Assembly: GCA_964016885.1 (NCBI GenBank)
Contig: OZ024743.1
Span: 364,436,001 to 364,500,000 of the forward strand
Source: Eledone cirrhosa
Taxonomy: Eukaryota
Length of the DNA: 64,000 nt
Direction: 5' to 3'
Shown here: piece after piece, positions 12,291-26,052 of the stretch
Position numbering within the stretch: the stretch's first letter is position 1
How the letters are laid out: every line of letters starts with the position of its first letter
Notes under the pieces: generated by a model
The model's database searches: none
The model's input: only the letters and a program-made list of their open reading frames with translations
What the model was told of the DNA's origin: nothing
Position numbers and translations under genes: made by a program

Positions 12291-15200
12291 TGAATTTAGA
12301 GGAATTTAGTCATACAACTAACTTATTAATAAGCTGGTGATTGGAACATAATTTAACAAAGGTTCTTATATAGAATTATGACAAGGTTTTTAAGTAAATA
12401 TAAACACTTTAAAACAAACAGCTGTTACGTAAAACCTAAGTTTGATATCAGATGAGTTAAACAAATCTCTAATTTCAGACAATGTTCTGATCATTCATGT
12501 AGGATTGGCTATGTAGATTCACTCACAAACACACTTTAACCTAATGTATACTGTTACTGTTTCTTCTGTGTACATGACTGCTGATCCTATAACAGCCGCT
12601 GCACTTCAGAATTAGCTCAGAGAACTCCATACCCACGCATTTAATTTTTGCTTACAGACACCGATCTACATAAACTACATTAATTTCACCTCCTTTTATA
12701 GAAATTTGAAGAGTTTTTTTTGTTTTGTTTTTTAAGGAGCAGCATAAGATATTCTTCCTTGGTTATCTTGACACTGCACTGATTTAGCAGCTGAAATCCA
12801 CTTTTTTGAGCAAATATTAACTTAACATCTTGTAATGATTTAGCATAAAATATCTAAAAACAAGTTTGTTGATTCAAATGTTTATAGTATCTTTACTGGT
12901 GAACAGATTGTTGTGAACATTTGCAGTAAACTAAAAACTTTAATTGTTAATGTGATGCAGTCATAGTTCTGGACATTTCAAGAATGTCTTACTAAAGCAG
13001 TTTCATGTGGTTCAATTTGTTAAGAATTAGTCTAAGTGAATTTCACAGAGCCTAGTTAGAATTGATGATGTTTGTTGTGTAATCCCTGGTCATCCATAAT
13101 AGGTATATGGCATGTAGGTTATTGACCAAATGATGTGTGATACAGATGCATAGCTCTGCATTGGATGATCAAATTGCATATTCTAACATGCAGCGTTGCA
13201 GTGAAGGCATATTGTACTTTCCATTGTCTAGTCTGTTTTTTTATGTTTGTAGATTTTGGAGGCAGGCATGATAAGTTAATCAATGAAAAGGTCTATGCAG
13301 TTGCTTTATCTGCTAGAAGTAGTAACCAAATCCACCTTAACTTTAATAAAATAAAATAAAAAACATTGAATATACTGGGTAACTTAGATCTGGATATAAT
13401 CTGCCAGAAAAGATAAGATGATCATGGCTAGAATGTAGGTCACACAATAGAGATTTATCACATAACAATAAAGTTGGAATTGGTAGCTTAACTTAGTGTT
13501 TTCATTAAGCTGAACCACTGACATGATCTTTGCTATATATCCACTGAAGGACACTAAATCAACTCTAAATCAACTCAGACTTATGTCCACATGGATAGCA
13601 ACAAATACGAAATCATAATACGGAGTTATTGATTTAAGTATTAATTATAAATACACATATACTACACTTCCATACCAGTGCATGCAGAGCACTTCAATAA
13701 AAAGAGAATAAACATTAAACAGGATATGTGCCTTGTTTACTCCTGTATAATCTAAATCTAATACAATAAAATTCATTGAGAGAGAACAGGAGAGAGTGAT
13801 GGTTAGCCAAATTATTGTTGATGTAAGAACGAGGGTGGGATAAATATATGTTGTTCTTAGAAAATCTTTATTTTCTAAGAACAACAGTAAAATAGGAGTC
13901 AAATTTTCCTCAAATCACATCCTACTATTTTATGTATATGTGTGAACTAATGTTAGTCAAATCCCCCTCTATTCAGACCTTTCTGTTTTGTGTACATTTG
14001 AGCCAATAAGAGAAACCTCTGAGTGGAAACCAAAGCTGACAGAAATAGCAACCAAATCTCCTTCAAATATTATGTATGTACATGGCCTAGTGATTAGGGC
14101 GTTGGACTCATGATAAGGTCATAGGTTTGATTCCTGGATAGATGGTGCAGTGTGTTCTTGAGCAAAGTACTTTATTTTACATTGCTTCTTCTGCCAGGAA
14201 TTGTAACTAGTAGACAGTAACAGCAATGAAAATAACAATGGAAACATTGTTTCCTTGGTCTGATCTGTTCATTGGCTCTTTCCTTTCCCTTTTTATATAT
14301 GAATCAACAAGAACATTAGATTGTAGCAAGATATGATAGACTTAGCAGTGAAATCTCCCTTAAATCACATCCTTCGGTGTTATTTTGATGCCATACCTAG
14401 GTGTTGCCAGGTTACTCTGCTAGAACATATAGTCCAAACCATGACAACATGGAAAAGCAGGCATAAAAATGATGATGATACTGAACAGTAAATACTTTAT
14501 CATAGCCAATTAAGGTTTAGACATAGTGAAGTTCAATTTAGAACATTCCATTTTATTAAATTCAACTTTATACCAATATGTATTGTTACTTAACTAATTC
14601 TTAAATGATTCCATTTTAATTGAATTAAGTCCAACTTAATGTAAAAACAATCTGCACTCGAGGCGGTGTATCACAAAATCTTAACATTAATTCCTGAGAG
14701 CTCAGTTGCAAGAGTGGAGTAGTATGGTAATTTCTTTTGGTCTGTTCTAAACATATCCATTTATGATACAGTGAAAATATGATTAAGAGAATAACTTAAC
14801 AAAACTTAATTTAGAAAAGCAGAGAGAAGAGATGTGGTAAAAATTAGAAATTACTATATTAACAATAATAGTGATAACTATTTCAAACAAAAACACAAGG
14901 CCACAAATTTGGGAGAAAAGATTAGTCTACTAAATCAACCCCAGTATTTTATTTTATCTACCTGGAAGGATAAAAAGCAAAGTTAGCCTCAGCAGGATTT
15001 GAACTCAGAGTGTCAAGTGTCATTTGTCTGAAGCTCTAACTATTCTGCTAAATAATTCTGAGTGTCTACAATTGACAAGCACAATCCTTTAGCTTCTAAA
15101 ATATTTCTTCTGTACCTCACTCAGTATTCTTCCTCAGGAGACAACCTTTTACATATCTGCATCATAGTATAAAGGTTACCTGATAAAACAGTGAGTCATT

Positions 15201-15694
15201 TAGTAGCTAAACACCTTCTCTACATCATGGAGGGACATGGCTTCACAGCCAGAACAAAGGCAACACAACTAGGAAGCTGAGCACTTTAAAAATAGCCAAC
15301 AGTTTACAAAAGGACTTATACTATAATCCCTTCTCTATCTGAGATCACCCTCTCCCTTTCCTCTCACCATGTAAAATCGCACTATACCTATCATACACCA
15401 ATAACATACTTTCTCCCACCACACTATGACATCATACCCCCCTATTGCCCTTTATTCATGACATACTTTCTACCCCTTCCCCCATAGTGTAAGGAGGGTT
15501 CATCAGTCAAGTCAATGATCAGCAGCTCCACCTAGTACTGATGTCACAATAAAATGCACCCAGTATACTGTCAAATGGTTGGTGTTAGGAAGGTCTTCCA
15601 GCCACCAAGCTAAAGGATTTAGAGGACCCTTCAGTCATGACATGGCAACCTTTCAAGTATTGGTGCCATGAAAAATTCACCCAGTACATCCTGT

Positions 15695-16106
15695 TGAAGT
15701 TTTCAGTTTAAAGTTATGCTGTCACAGACCAACATTTACTTGTTCGTGATTGGTCAATTTCTAAGTTCAATTAGTGTATTATCAGTAGTAGTCAAATTCA
15801 GAAAACTATGTCTTTCCAAGAATTGATGATTAGAAAGTATTCAATTTCCACGAATCTCAGAACAGTGTTTTTCTGCTAATTCAAGTGAGAAACTGAAAAT
15901 AGTGTTTTCCACAAATTGGAGTGGAGAACCCGTGTACACTACAATAGTACTCGTTTATTTATACATTGCACCTTTGGCATTTTCTTTGCACCTTTTTCAG
16001 AAAACCCAAAATATTAATAGTAATGTAAATATTTATTTTTTTAAGGAACCCGGAGTTTGTTTTACGGAACCTGAAGGTTCCACGGAACCCATGTTGGCGA
16101 CCACTG
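15695..16106. mobile_element. 5'-truncated copy of the hAT-type element at 28109-29104, inserted in a SINE
   Basis: High similarity to 28261-28455 plus 28816-29104; right TIR gttggcgaccactg. Confidence 0.85.
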
Positions 16107-18060
16107 CTGTAAGGTGATTGGTGATAAGAAGGGCATCCAGCCATAGAAACCATCATAGTTACATGAAGGGCATGACAACCTATCTGGTGTTGGTGGCATG
16201 ATAAAATGTGACCAATACATTCTGTAAAAGCATTGGCTGATAGATAATCATCTAGCCACAGAAAACTTATCAAACTAAAGGTTGAGAGAACTCTTCAGTT
16301 AGTGCTAATGCCAGGAAAATACACACTAGAGAAAGAGAGAGAGGGAACCTATGTGAGATGTGGTACCCAGCTCATCTGTGAGGTTAGTAGTTTGATTAAG
16401 TACTGACATGGTCTGTGATGACCCATTCAGCCCTTAGTTAGTAGGGAGAATGGATGTTAAATGATGATGATGATGATGACACTGGGTGCCTGTGTAATCT
16501 TCAAGCTGTACGGAAGCAACGAGTCTTGAAGTTCAGTAACAAAATAAAAACTTAGCAAAAACAAAACTCTCAGCGAGAAAGAATATAGAATTCTGGCATA
16601 TAGTAAATAGCTGACCATGATTTATATGCTGGGAATGGGTAAGAACTCACCCCTATGTACCCTATATAAATTATAGGTATAGATTCAGTAGAATCACAGG
16701 CTGGCTAACAAAAAAAGACTGTACATGATACATGCACCTGAGTAAGGAGCAATAAGAATACTCAGAAAATAACTTCTTTCAAATGCCCAGGTTGGTTAAA
16801 AGTTAATAGCATATGAGCAATAGTGACCATTATCAACATGTAGAAAAGGAGTAGGTAGGAGCTTGATATTGTGTACCCAATGTAAATTATGGCTACATCA
16901 GACTATAGTTCTGGTAATATGATATAATGGCCTGGTAAATGGATTTTCTATTTATTTTTATGTGTTTTCATTGCTAAGACTTTTCTCAATAAACATATCA
17001 CTATGTGTATATCATTTTTCACACATTACTACAGAGAAAACTTGGCAAACTTTGATGTGGATATATTTTATAGTTTCACTGTTTGTCCCATGCAGAGGAC
17101 TAAAGAGCCTCCTATACCCTGTATTAGTTCTTATTCATAGTTTCAACCCACCTTGATTAGTAGCATGTGTTGTGGATTGAATCCGGTAATGATTAGAGCA
17201 GAAAATATTGAAAAAGAGGTTTCTTATTACTAATGTTTATAGTATCTTTAGAGTAGAGATTAACTTTTAATGCAACGCAGACATAATGCTGTTTTACACA
17301 TTTTAACAATGTCTTGCTAATGCAATTTCATGCAGTACAGGACATTAAGAGTTTAATAATTCTTGATTATGTATACATGTTTAGAATCGGACAAATGATG
17401 CTGCTATTAAATTAAAAGAGGAACAAGAGGTTCTCATAATTACTTTTAAAAATATTTTTACTATTACTATTTTTTACCCAAGTCAGGAAAAGTTTAAAAA
17501 TTAAATATAACACCTTTACAGAAAATGCATATGTGTTTTGAAAACTAGATGCTATAGCACAGACTAGACTATCTTCTTTAATGGTCTACATAAGAGCTGA
17601 CCAAACTTTTTACATTGACAACATACTTTGTAATTATATTTTTTGCAACACAAAGTTTTGTTAGCAGCATGAAATTAATAACATTTATAAATAAACTATT
17701 AAATATGTCACATCACAAAATGCAGAGTTGACAAATCTCAAATATTTGTGAAATTTGATCAGATCTTACTTAATACAACTAGATATTATCAATGGCACTA
17801 AGTATTCGAAAAATTTATTGTATTCAGCAATGTAGAGCGATAAACTGTTTGTTATTTGAATATGACAAAGCCGGCCATTAATCGCTCGTATACATGAAAT
17901 TGACTGGCCTATCTGCTGATATGCAAATCTGGCTAATCAGTGGGTCTGCTAATATACAGATCTGACTGATCAGGCAGTCAACTAATATGCAAATCAAGCT
18001 GATCAGTCACTTTATAATTTAGAAAATATATATTTTCACTAGCTCTGACAGTTGGCAGGT

Positions 18061-18455
18061 AAGCAGTATACTGTACTGATGAATGGTAATCACCCAAAAC
18101 AGTGTTTGCAGTTCTGTTTACATGCCAACACAAGAGCAAGAATGAAAGAGTCATTCTATTGACATGGCTTTAAAGAGGCTGTTTGCATAATTGCAAACAA
18201 ATCAAATATATTAATATTAACAAAGAATCAGTATTACATCATTTACATATTTAATTACATATTACATATGTTTCACTGCTCATCAGCTTGAAGAACGATC
18301 GATTAATGTTCAATCCTGACTCTGAAATCAGAAGTGTAGATGCCCGTCCATGTATTCCCTTTTAATATCATTGTTGATACTCTACTCCCCATGAGCATCG
18401 AGTGCTCATCTTGACATACTGCTTGTGGACGCAATTCATTTACACCTCTAATTCC
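18061..18455. mobile_element. Possible Penelope-like element relic with degenerate hammerhead cores
   Basis: Plus strand CTGATGA...(A)AAAC with paired flanks at 18061-18119; minus strand CTGATGAgcagtGAAAcatatgTA at 18286-18263, preceded by a frameshifted RE..W...L....SGLN segment resembling a GIY-YIG C-terminus. Confidence 0.4.
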
Positions 18456-18500
18456 TATATATAAATATATATATATATAGGTATAAATATATAAATATAT

Positions 18501-19170
18501 AGGGAAATTTGACAGTAGAAGTCGCAATGATAGACACATTTTTGAAATGCAGGTAAGATCTATAGAGGTGGTTGATGGCTTCCGATACTTAGCAAGGGAG
18601 GAGGGTGCTCCGAGGCCATAGTATCTAGAATAAGGACGGGTTGGAAGAAGTTTAGGGAGCTGCTTCCTCTGTTGACAGAGAAGGGTTTCTCCCTACAAAT
18701 GAAAGGCCGGTTACATGATGCCTGTGAGAGATGTGCGATACTGCATGGTAGTGAGACATGGGCAGCAACTGTGGAGGATATGCGACGGCTGGAGAGCAAT
18801 GAAACAAGCATGCTCTGTTGAATGTGCAATGTCAATGTGTGTAAACGACCAAGCATAGATAAGTTGAGAGAGAAACTGTGTATAAGAGGAATAAGTTGTA
18901 GTGTGCGGGAGAGAAGACTACATTGGTATGGACATTGGTATGCGCATGGAGGATGACCGCTGAGTAAAGAAGTGCAAAGAAATCCCAGTAGAAGGAAGAC
19001 GCAGTAGAGGAAGACCACGAAAAACATGGGCAGAGGTGGTGAGAACTGATTTCAGATTGCTGAAATTCACAGAGATGATGAAGGACCATGACGAATGGAG
19101 AGATGCTGTGCTGAATGACCCGTCCAACGCTTGCAAGCAGGGAAAAGCGGACATAAAAAGATGATGATGC
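18501..19170 (+). mobile_element. RTE 3' fragment (family A)
   Basis: Paralogous to 806-1490 (FRYL, GSETWA, GRPRKTW; gat tail). Confidence 0.87.
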
Positions 19171-19954
19171 ATAAATATATGTATATATATATATTTATAA
19201 ATATATATGACAGTGATGAATTTGTTTTGCAAGGTTTTTGATATGAAATTGTCTGTTGAAACTAATATTGTTATATTTGGGGAGGGTCATATTGTTATAA
19301 TATTGCCAGAAATAATAAAATACACTCAGTTTGGTTTTTGCTTCCGTATATTTTATAGCCCTATAGTTAATTTAGCTGGCAATCAATGTTTCTCATTGAT
19401 TAGTTAATTCTATTGATTGATTAATAGCTTATGTTAATTTTTAAAAACTATTCTGTTGAGAACTTAATTTGTTTTGTGATATTTTGCAATAACCACACAT
19501 ACTGAATTCATCCGCCAAAACTAGGGGTTCTCTCCCTTCTGACCCCGCACATGGGTTCAGATAACGGTCAGTTCCTTAGCTTTGCATAGAACTAAATGCC
19601 TGTTGAAAAAGTGACTTCCTTGTTCGATCATCATACCAAAAGCTTAACATTATTTGTTTAAGCAGACTACCTGATTTAGGAGTTGCAGAAACCCCATATT
19701 GGATTTTACCACCGTTTCCAAGGGGTCCGGGTATATTTTTCAATCATATTTTATTATTTGTTTGACCCGAATAGCTTGCTCGCTTCTATGGCTTTGTGGT
19801 TAATAGTTTAACCATCATCTCAGTGTGTTTGGCCTTTTAACATATGTTTATTGCTCTAGTTCACTCGTTTCTATTGAGCGCTTGCTACACATTTTGGAAG
19901 TTGTTTTTTGCTTAATTTCCAATAGCCGAAATGCAATTCTCACTAATTTATATT

Positions 19955-19996
<42 letters not shown>

Positions 19997-20319
19997 ATCA
20001 AAGTGGTACTATTATGATTTCTCTCGTTATATTGTAATGTCTGATGATGTCACAGGTGTGTGATGAAAGAACTTTGATAGACTCATCATCATTTCATTTA
20101 CGTCCGCTTTTCCCTGCTTGCAAGGGTGGGACGGGAACTGATTCTGGCTTGATTTCTACAGCTGGATGCCCTTCCTAACACCAACCTCATTTACAGTGAG
20201 TGCTGGGTGCTTTTTTGTCGTGGCACCTCCCCGACCACTTTGCAGTGGAAAGATAGGGACCCCAGTCCCTATCATCTCATTTCTACAGCTGGTCAATCAA
20301 TGAGATATATATATATATA

Positions 20320-21065
20320 TGAGTATCTAGCTAAATGTAAAACCCTCTACTTAGCTTTTGTTGACTTGGAGAAAGCCTTTGACAGAGTCCCCCATTCTAT
20401 TATCTGGTGGGCTCTTAGAAAACTAGAAGTGGATGAGTGGCTTGTGAAAGCTATACAAGCCATGTATAGAAGAACAGTCAGCAAGTTTAGAATTAATAAT
20501 GACTAAAGTGAAGAATTTAGCATAGAGATAGGTGTTGATCAGGGCTCCATCCTTAGCCCTCTCCTGTAATATTATTGCCCTACAGGCTATGACAGAATGG
20601 CTGCCCATAGGAACTTCTGTATGCAGATGACCTAACTCTCATAGCTGAATTTATGGCTGAACTAGAGAAGAAATTCCAAACCTGGACATATGGCCTAGAA
20701 TCAAAAGGTCTTCAAGTTAACTTGTCAAAGTTCTAGTATGTAGAAAGGAAAATATGACCCAGATTCCTCTGGGAAATGGCCTTGCTCAGTGTGCAGGAAA
20801 GGAGGAGGTAGAAGTTTCATTCTATGTCCCAAATGCAAGGTATGGGTACATAAAAGTTGTAGTGGGATCACAGGTAGGCTATCATTGTTAGTATGGTCAT
20901 GTGATGCGTATGAAGGATGACCAAAATTGATGGAAGCTATGAAGTAGGAAGACCCAAGAAGACCAGGGAAGGTGATAAAAGCTGACCTTGCACAATTGCA
21001 CCTCTCAAAGACAATGACAGGATCGAGATCTTTGGTGTTATGCAGTAATACAGAAGACATGCCTT
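20320..21065 (+). mobile_element. RTE RT fragment (family A), internally deleted
   Basis: LYLAFVDLEKAFDRVP, QGSILSP, LYADDL motifs, then Cys-rich WPCSVC...CPKC...HKSC. Confidence 0.85.
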
Positions 21066-21198
21066 CCTATGTGCATGGACTTAAACATACATCTAGCAGG
21101 CACCTCTTAACCACTATACCTCCTTCCATACACCCCCATTCCCCAACATCCACCCACCCACTTTTGACCAAACCACCCTTACCCACATGACTACTTTA

Positions 21199-21430
21199 CA
21201 GTGTGTCAACAAAAAGCACCCAGCCCACACTGTAAAGTAGTCATGTGGGTGTCACAACAAAAAGCACCCAGCCCACACTGTAAAGTAGTCATGTGGGCGT
21301 CACAACAAAAAGCACCCAGCCCACACTGTAAAGTGGCCATGTGAGTGTCACAACAAAAAGCACCCAGCCCACACTATAAAATGGTCGTGTAAGAGTCACG
21401 ACAAAAAGCACCCAGCCCACACCGTAAATG
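21199..21430 (+). repeat. 48-bp tandem repeat, about 5 copies, inside a SINE-like tail
   Basis: aaaaagcacccagcccacac recurs at 21211, 21259, 21307, 21355 and 21403. Confidence 0.9.
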
Positions 21431-24284
21431 TGGTTGGCATTAGGAACGGCATCCAGCTGTAGAAACCTAGCCGGAAATAGTTCTATATGAACAAAACACG
21501 AACACCTGACCCAACTTACCTCTAATGGGACAACCTGTCTAACCCATGATGATTATATATATATATATTAGAATTGGGGCTCAGAAATAACGATATATAT
21601 ATGAATGTATATATAGTGTATTTTGCAATACACTGTATGCTTAATTAAAAGCATTTTGAAGACCTTACGCTATTGTTTTAAAGTAGCGACAATGTCACTT
21701 ACTTCAATTTTCAAAAAAAAAAAAAAAAATAAGCATACAGTATATTGCAAAATACACTATATATACATTCGCGTGCGTGCGTGCGTGCGTGCGCGTGTGC
21801 GTGTGCGTGTGCGTGTTAAGTATTTCCAAAGAAAAAGCAAAGGAAAAAAGAGTGCTCTATGTATAGATTGTATGTTAATATTGTCTAGAGTCCTGAAACC
21901 TTTGGTAATGGAGTAGTTATATATTGTGTTGTTCACTTTCTAATTATAGAGAGAGAGAGGGGGGGGGGGGGGGGGGACTGCAGAAAACAAGTGAAAAGTG
22001 ATTTGTGAAAATATATCAATATACACACATACAGACAGGCACCCATACAACAAATAGTCTTATGACTAGAAACAACTCGAAAACAAACACTGGACGACTG
22101 ATGACACTGCAATAATAATATACCCCATGATGCAGATCTTAGTTTTGGGTCAAATCCAAAACAAAAGCACTGTCACAACAAGCATGCAGTTATTGATTAG
22201 ATTGACTAACTAAAATATAAAGAAAAGAAAACACAAACAGAAAACAAACAGATTTGATTGTGGACGTATTTGTAACCACAGCAATGACCTCTTAGTAAAG
22301 TAAAATAGTTTAAATTTCTTTAATAAGTTTTAAAAATCATTACATAAATACTGGTTTCTTATGTAAGCACAAGGCCTCAAATTTGTAAGATGGGTGTAAG
22401 ATGATTAAATTCCACCCTAGTACTTCATTGTCAGGAAAGGCATCTAAGTAAGCCCAAATAAATACAGGCATGAACCGCCAATCAGCATGGAAAAACTAAT
22501 GTAAAATGATAATGATAGTGTAGGGAGGATGAGAGGAGATCAAATTTAATGTAAGTTTTAAATCAAAAGTAATTGTAAAATCATCATTTTACGTTTATTT
22601 TCTAAGCTGGCATGGGTCATCATGGTCTGAAATAAGACTGGTTGGATAACCATGTCATGGTCACACGTTTCATATTTTGGCATGGTATCTATGTCAAGAT
22701 GCCCTTCCTAATGCCAACTGCTTTACAGAGTACTGAGTATTTAATTGTGGCACCAACACTAGGGCTGTTCGAACTGCTAGAAATAGCAGTCAAAAACTGT
22801 GTTTGAATAAAAGGATGGGATGATTACTGTATGAATAGGCCTTTGGTCATAGGTCTGCCTCAGTACTAAACAATGCAGATTTTATCTATAGTCATCATGA
22901 GAGGTGCTTATATAGACCAGTGGTTCCCAAACTTATCTTGTGGAACTCTTACACTTCTCCCAACACAACCCAAATTTTAATAAGACATCAACTGAAACAA
23001 AAATTGTTTTAGGGAGAGAATTTATTCATATACAACATGCACTTGGTTCATTCCAAAAAGTGGTTGACATTCAAACAGTAACAATACAGAAGGGCCTTTT
23101 TAGTCAAGTGAAGGACCTGATAACCCCTCTAGTGTTTCTGCCACAATAAAATGCACCGATTACATTATATAGCAATTGGCATTTGGAAAGGCATCCAGAC
23201 TTAGAAACTATGCCAAACGAATGGTTGACATTAGACAGGGAACCCAGCCATAGAAAAGATGTGGTCCCTTAACCTATCTAGGAGGAGAGTTACTCCAATT
23301 AGGTCCTGACTTGTTCTGTAACAACCCCTCCAATCCATACCAACATGGAAAAGTGGATGGAAAATGATAATTAAAAAAAAAAAAAAAAAAACCTTACCAC
23401 ACAGAACCCACTTTGGGAAACATTGATATTGACATTAAATGAATTTAGAATAGTGGTAGTGTTGGTACTTTGATAAAATGCATCCAATGTAAACTGTGAT
23501 GTGGTTGGCATTAAGAACAGCATTGAGCTGTAGAAATATGCCAAAGATGGAAATATATGAGCAAGACATGATCCCCTGACCCATCTAGTCTCAGACCATG
23601 CCAACACATGCTATAATGGATAATGGACATAAAATGATTGTGATCCCAATGTAATTTTTTTCCTTTGAAGATGGATAGCTTAGAAAATCAAAACCTTGGC
23701 AACTGTAACCACTGAAGCCACTCTAACTAAAATGGCACTAGTTTATAAGCTAGGTTTAATCAATTACCATTATGTTATGCTAATGTTAAATCATAATAGT
23801 AATTTGATGATTAAACAGCTGACCTAGAAATACCAGCAATGTAAAAATAACAAGAACACTGCTAATGGGTTTGAAGGATAACAAAAACAATTAAGAATGT
23901 AAATACTTTAAGGTTTACTTTCATTATCGAATTCTTTTATTCTTTCAATAAAAAAACATTTATACTGAGAGCAGCAATGAAGAATATCTTTCAAATAACA
24001 ACACCCCCAACAATGAAAGTCATTGTATTTTTCATTTGTATTATGTTTATTGGGCATTTTCAAATGAAAGTATATTCTTGATTATATAATTGATATCCTT
24101 CCATACTAAAGATTGATAACAGTAATCAATGGAACCAGTGTTCATCAGTTGTGCCAAAGGGTTACATCCTATTTTAGCCAGATGTCGAAACTTCAATATC
24201 TATTAAAAACATACCCAACCTTAGCCAGAGGGGAAAAAAAAAATGTACTAGGTGGGTGTCAGTTGTTAATTTCCTTGAAATTAG

Positions 24285-24380
24285 GCTCTCTTGTGCCTCT
24301 ACACACTTAACCCAATAATCCTTCCACTGTTCAAAGCATATCTGGTGTGCTTCTTCTGGAATGGCTTTCAGCTCCACTAT
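24285..24380 (-). mobile_element. mariner transposase C-terminal relic
   Basis: ELKAIPEEAHQICFEQWKDYWVKCVEAQ resembles the mariner C-terminus (compare ELRRIPEESFQECMQAWQKRMEKC at about 38420). Confidence 0.6.
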
Positions 24381-24939
24381 AGCAGTCCATTAGCATTTAC
24401 ATTACTCTATATATACTATTGTATTTTCGCAGTATAGGCTTTATCTCACATAATATCGAATCTATGAGATTTTGGTATTATTCATTTTGAGAACAATACT
24501 TTAACATCAGTATGAGTGGCAAGTTACGGCAGGTTTGTATAGAAAGAGGTCAGAGAATTCTGGCCGGATACAGCCAGTTTAAATACTAAAGGGTTAGTTT
24601 TTACAAAAGTGTTATTTTTTAAAGCAATTTACTAATAAAACAATTAAAGTTTACATTAGACATGGGTAACTCTTTTCGAGCAGTGGGGGCTGCATAGGAT
24701 GTAGCTCATCATAAGACAGGCCGCACTAAAAAGTTCAAAGCAATTCTGAAATTAGGCATGCCATTCAGAAGGTCAAACAAGCCGCATGCAGCTCACGTGC
24801 CTCACTTTGCCCATAACTGGTTTACATGCTTATGGTAGTGGTTGTTTAATCCCAAGTAAACCCACATCGAGCAGACTTGTTATCAAAAGCATTCTAGTAG
24901 TGAATATAGTCTTTTTAATGGTATAAATAACTGTGTTGC

Positions 24940-25217
24940 TGTGGGGCTGCCGTGAGATAGAGAGGGGTGTAGAGCTGTCATAAGATAGAGGGGGTGTGTA
25001 GAGCTGCCGTGGGAGGGGGATTGCCAGAAGTTGGGGGACGCCTGACCAGAAGCAGGACGGGGCGACTCGAGGGATCAGGCCATGGATAGCCCTCTCTTCG
25101 CTGTTGGCTCTGCAACGAGACGGGTGCATGAAGATAGACGCTAGTGGAAGTACCCCACATGGACGGTGGAACGAGTGATAGAGAGACGCAAGGTAAGTCC
25201 AAATGCCTCCGGCTACA
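24940..25217 (+). repeat. 5' LTR
   Basis: Direct repeat of 29686-29939 with one extra internal gagctg...gatagagggg unit. Confidence 0.9.
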
Positions 25218-25349
25218 AGCTATTTCGGCATTTAATGAATTTTCCCATCTTTCGGCATTCTTACTCTCGGCACGGCAGCCTTTTAGTTTACCTTTTTTTT
25301 TTTTTTTTTGCTTTTTTTCGTGGGGCATTGTTGACTTTTTCCAATCTCG

Positions 25350-26052
25350 CAGGGGCAGATGGTGGCGAAACTGAGATAGCGAGGCGATCAAGGTTTTTAA
25401 TGGCGAGGGAGATGTTGTGGCCTGATTGAGAAAAGTTACATTGGTTGCCTCGCTGCAAGGCATTGACAACGTTGCTGGTTTGATCGCTCTATATCGCGAT
25501 GGAGATGCACTGGCATTGTACCTCAAGATGGACGAGAAAGACCAACTGAACACGGAGAAGATAAGGCAACGACTTAAGGAAGCGTTCACTGAGGGGCCGT
25601 ATGCTACTTTTGCCAAGCTAGGCAGAGTGAGATGGAAGGGAGAGCGCGTGGATGTGTTTGCGGCAGAGTTACGGCGGTTGGCTACGTTGGCCGGATTCGT
25701 GGTAGAACGCGAATGTGCCGTGCGGGTGGCCTTTATGAACGGGTTCCCTGACGAAATCTCCGTGAAGCTCCAACAGCTGCCTGGCAACAGAGGGATGAGC
25801 ATGAGCGAGCTCATTGCACAGGCCCGCGTAATAACACAGGACACGAGGTGGAGTGTTGCAGTGCTGGCACCGACGGAAGCCCATGGCAGTCGACAGGGAC
25901 CGACGTATGACGAAAGGAGTTTGTGTGCGTTTGGAGGTCGGTGCTTCAGGTGCCAGGGCCCGCACATGGCAAGCGACTGCAGAGTGCCGAAGCCAGCCAT
26001 AGTCTACTATCGCTGCAAGCGACCAGGCAACATCGCTAATAATTGCGACTAG
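25350..26052 (+). pseudogene. Gypsy gag
   Basis: FNGEGDVVA*LRK (internal stop), then ORF 25426-26052 with knuckles CFRCQGPHMASDC and degenerate YYRCKRPGNIANNC. Confidence 0.85.

Noticed and set aside
12124-12309. K/E/R-rich ORF
   Set aside because: Translation of a purine-rich low-complexity tail.
12480-13330. Possible old LINE RT relic on the minus strand (YRP.SL-like)
   Set aside because: Too degraded to classify or bound reliably.
19992-20083. CTGATGA-tgtcacaggtgtgtgat-GAAA hammerhead-like core inside a 13-bp inverted repeat (agtctatcaaagt / actttgatagact)
   Set aside because: Stem II is plausible, but no stem I pairing is adjacent to the core and the cleavage site is unclear. Possibly a decayed Penelope end, but not supportable.
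21199-21430. Regularly spaced repeats resembling a CRISPR array
   Set aside because: The intervening sequences are near-identical, the context is a eukaryotic SINE, and there are no cas genes.
24978-26000. 340-aa minus-strand ORF
   Set aside because: Antisense shadow of the GC-rich Gypsy gag/LTR; no recognisable domain.
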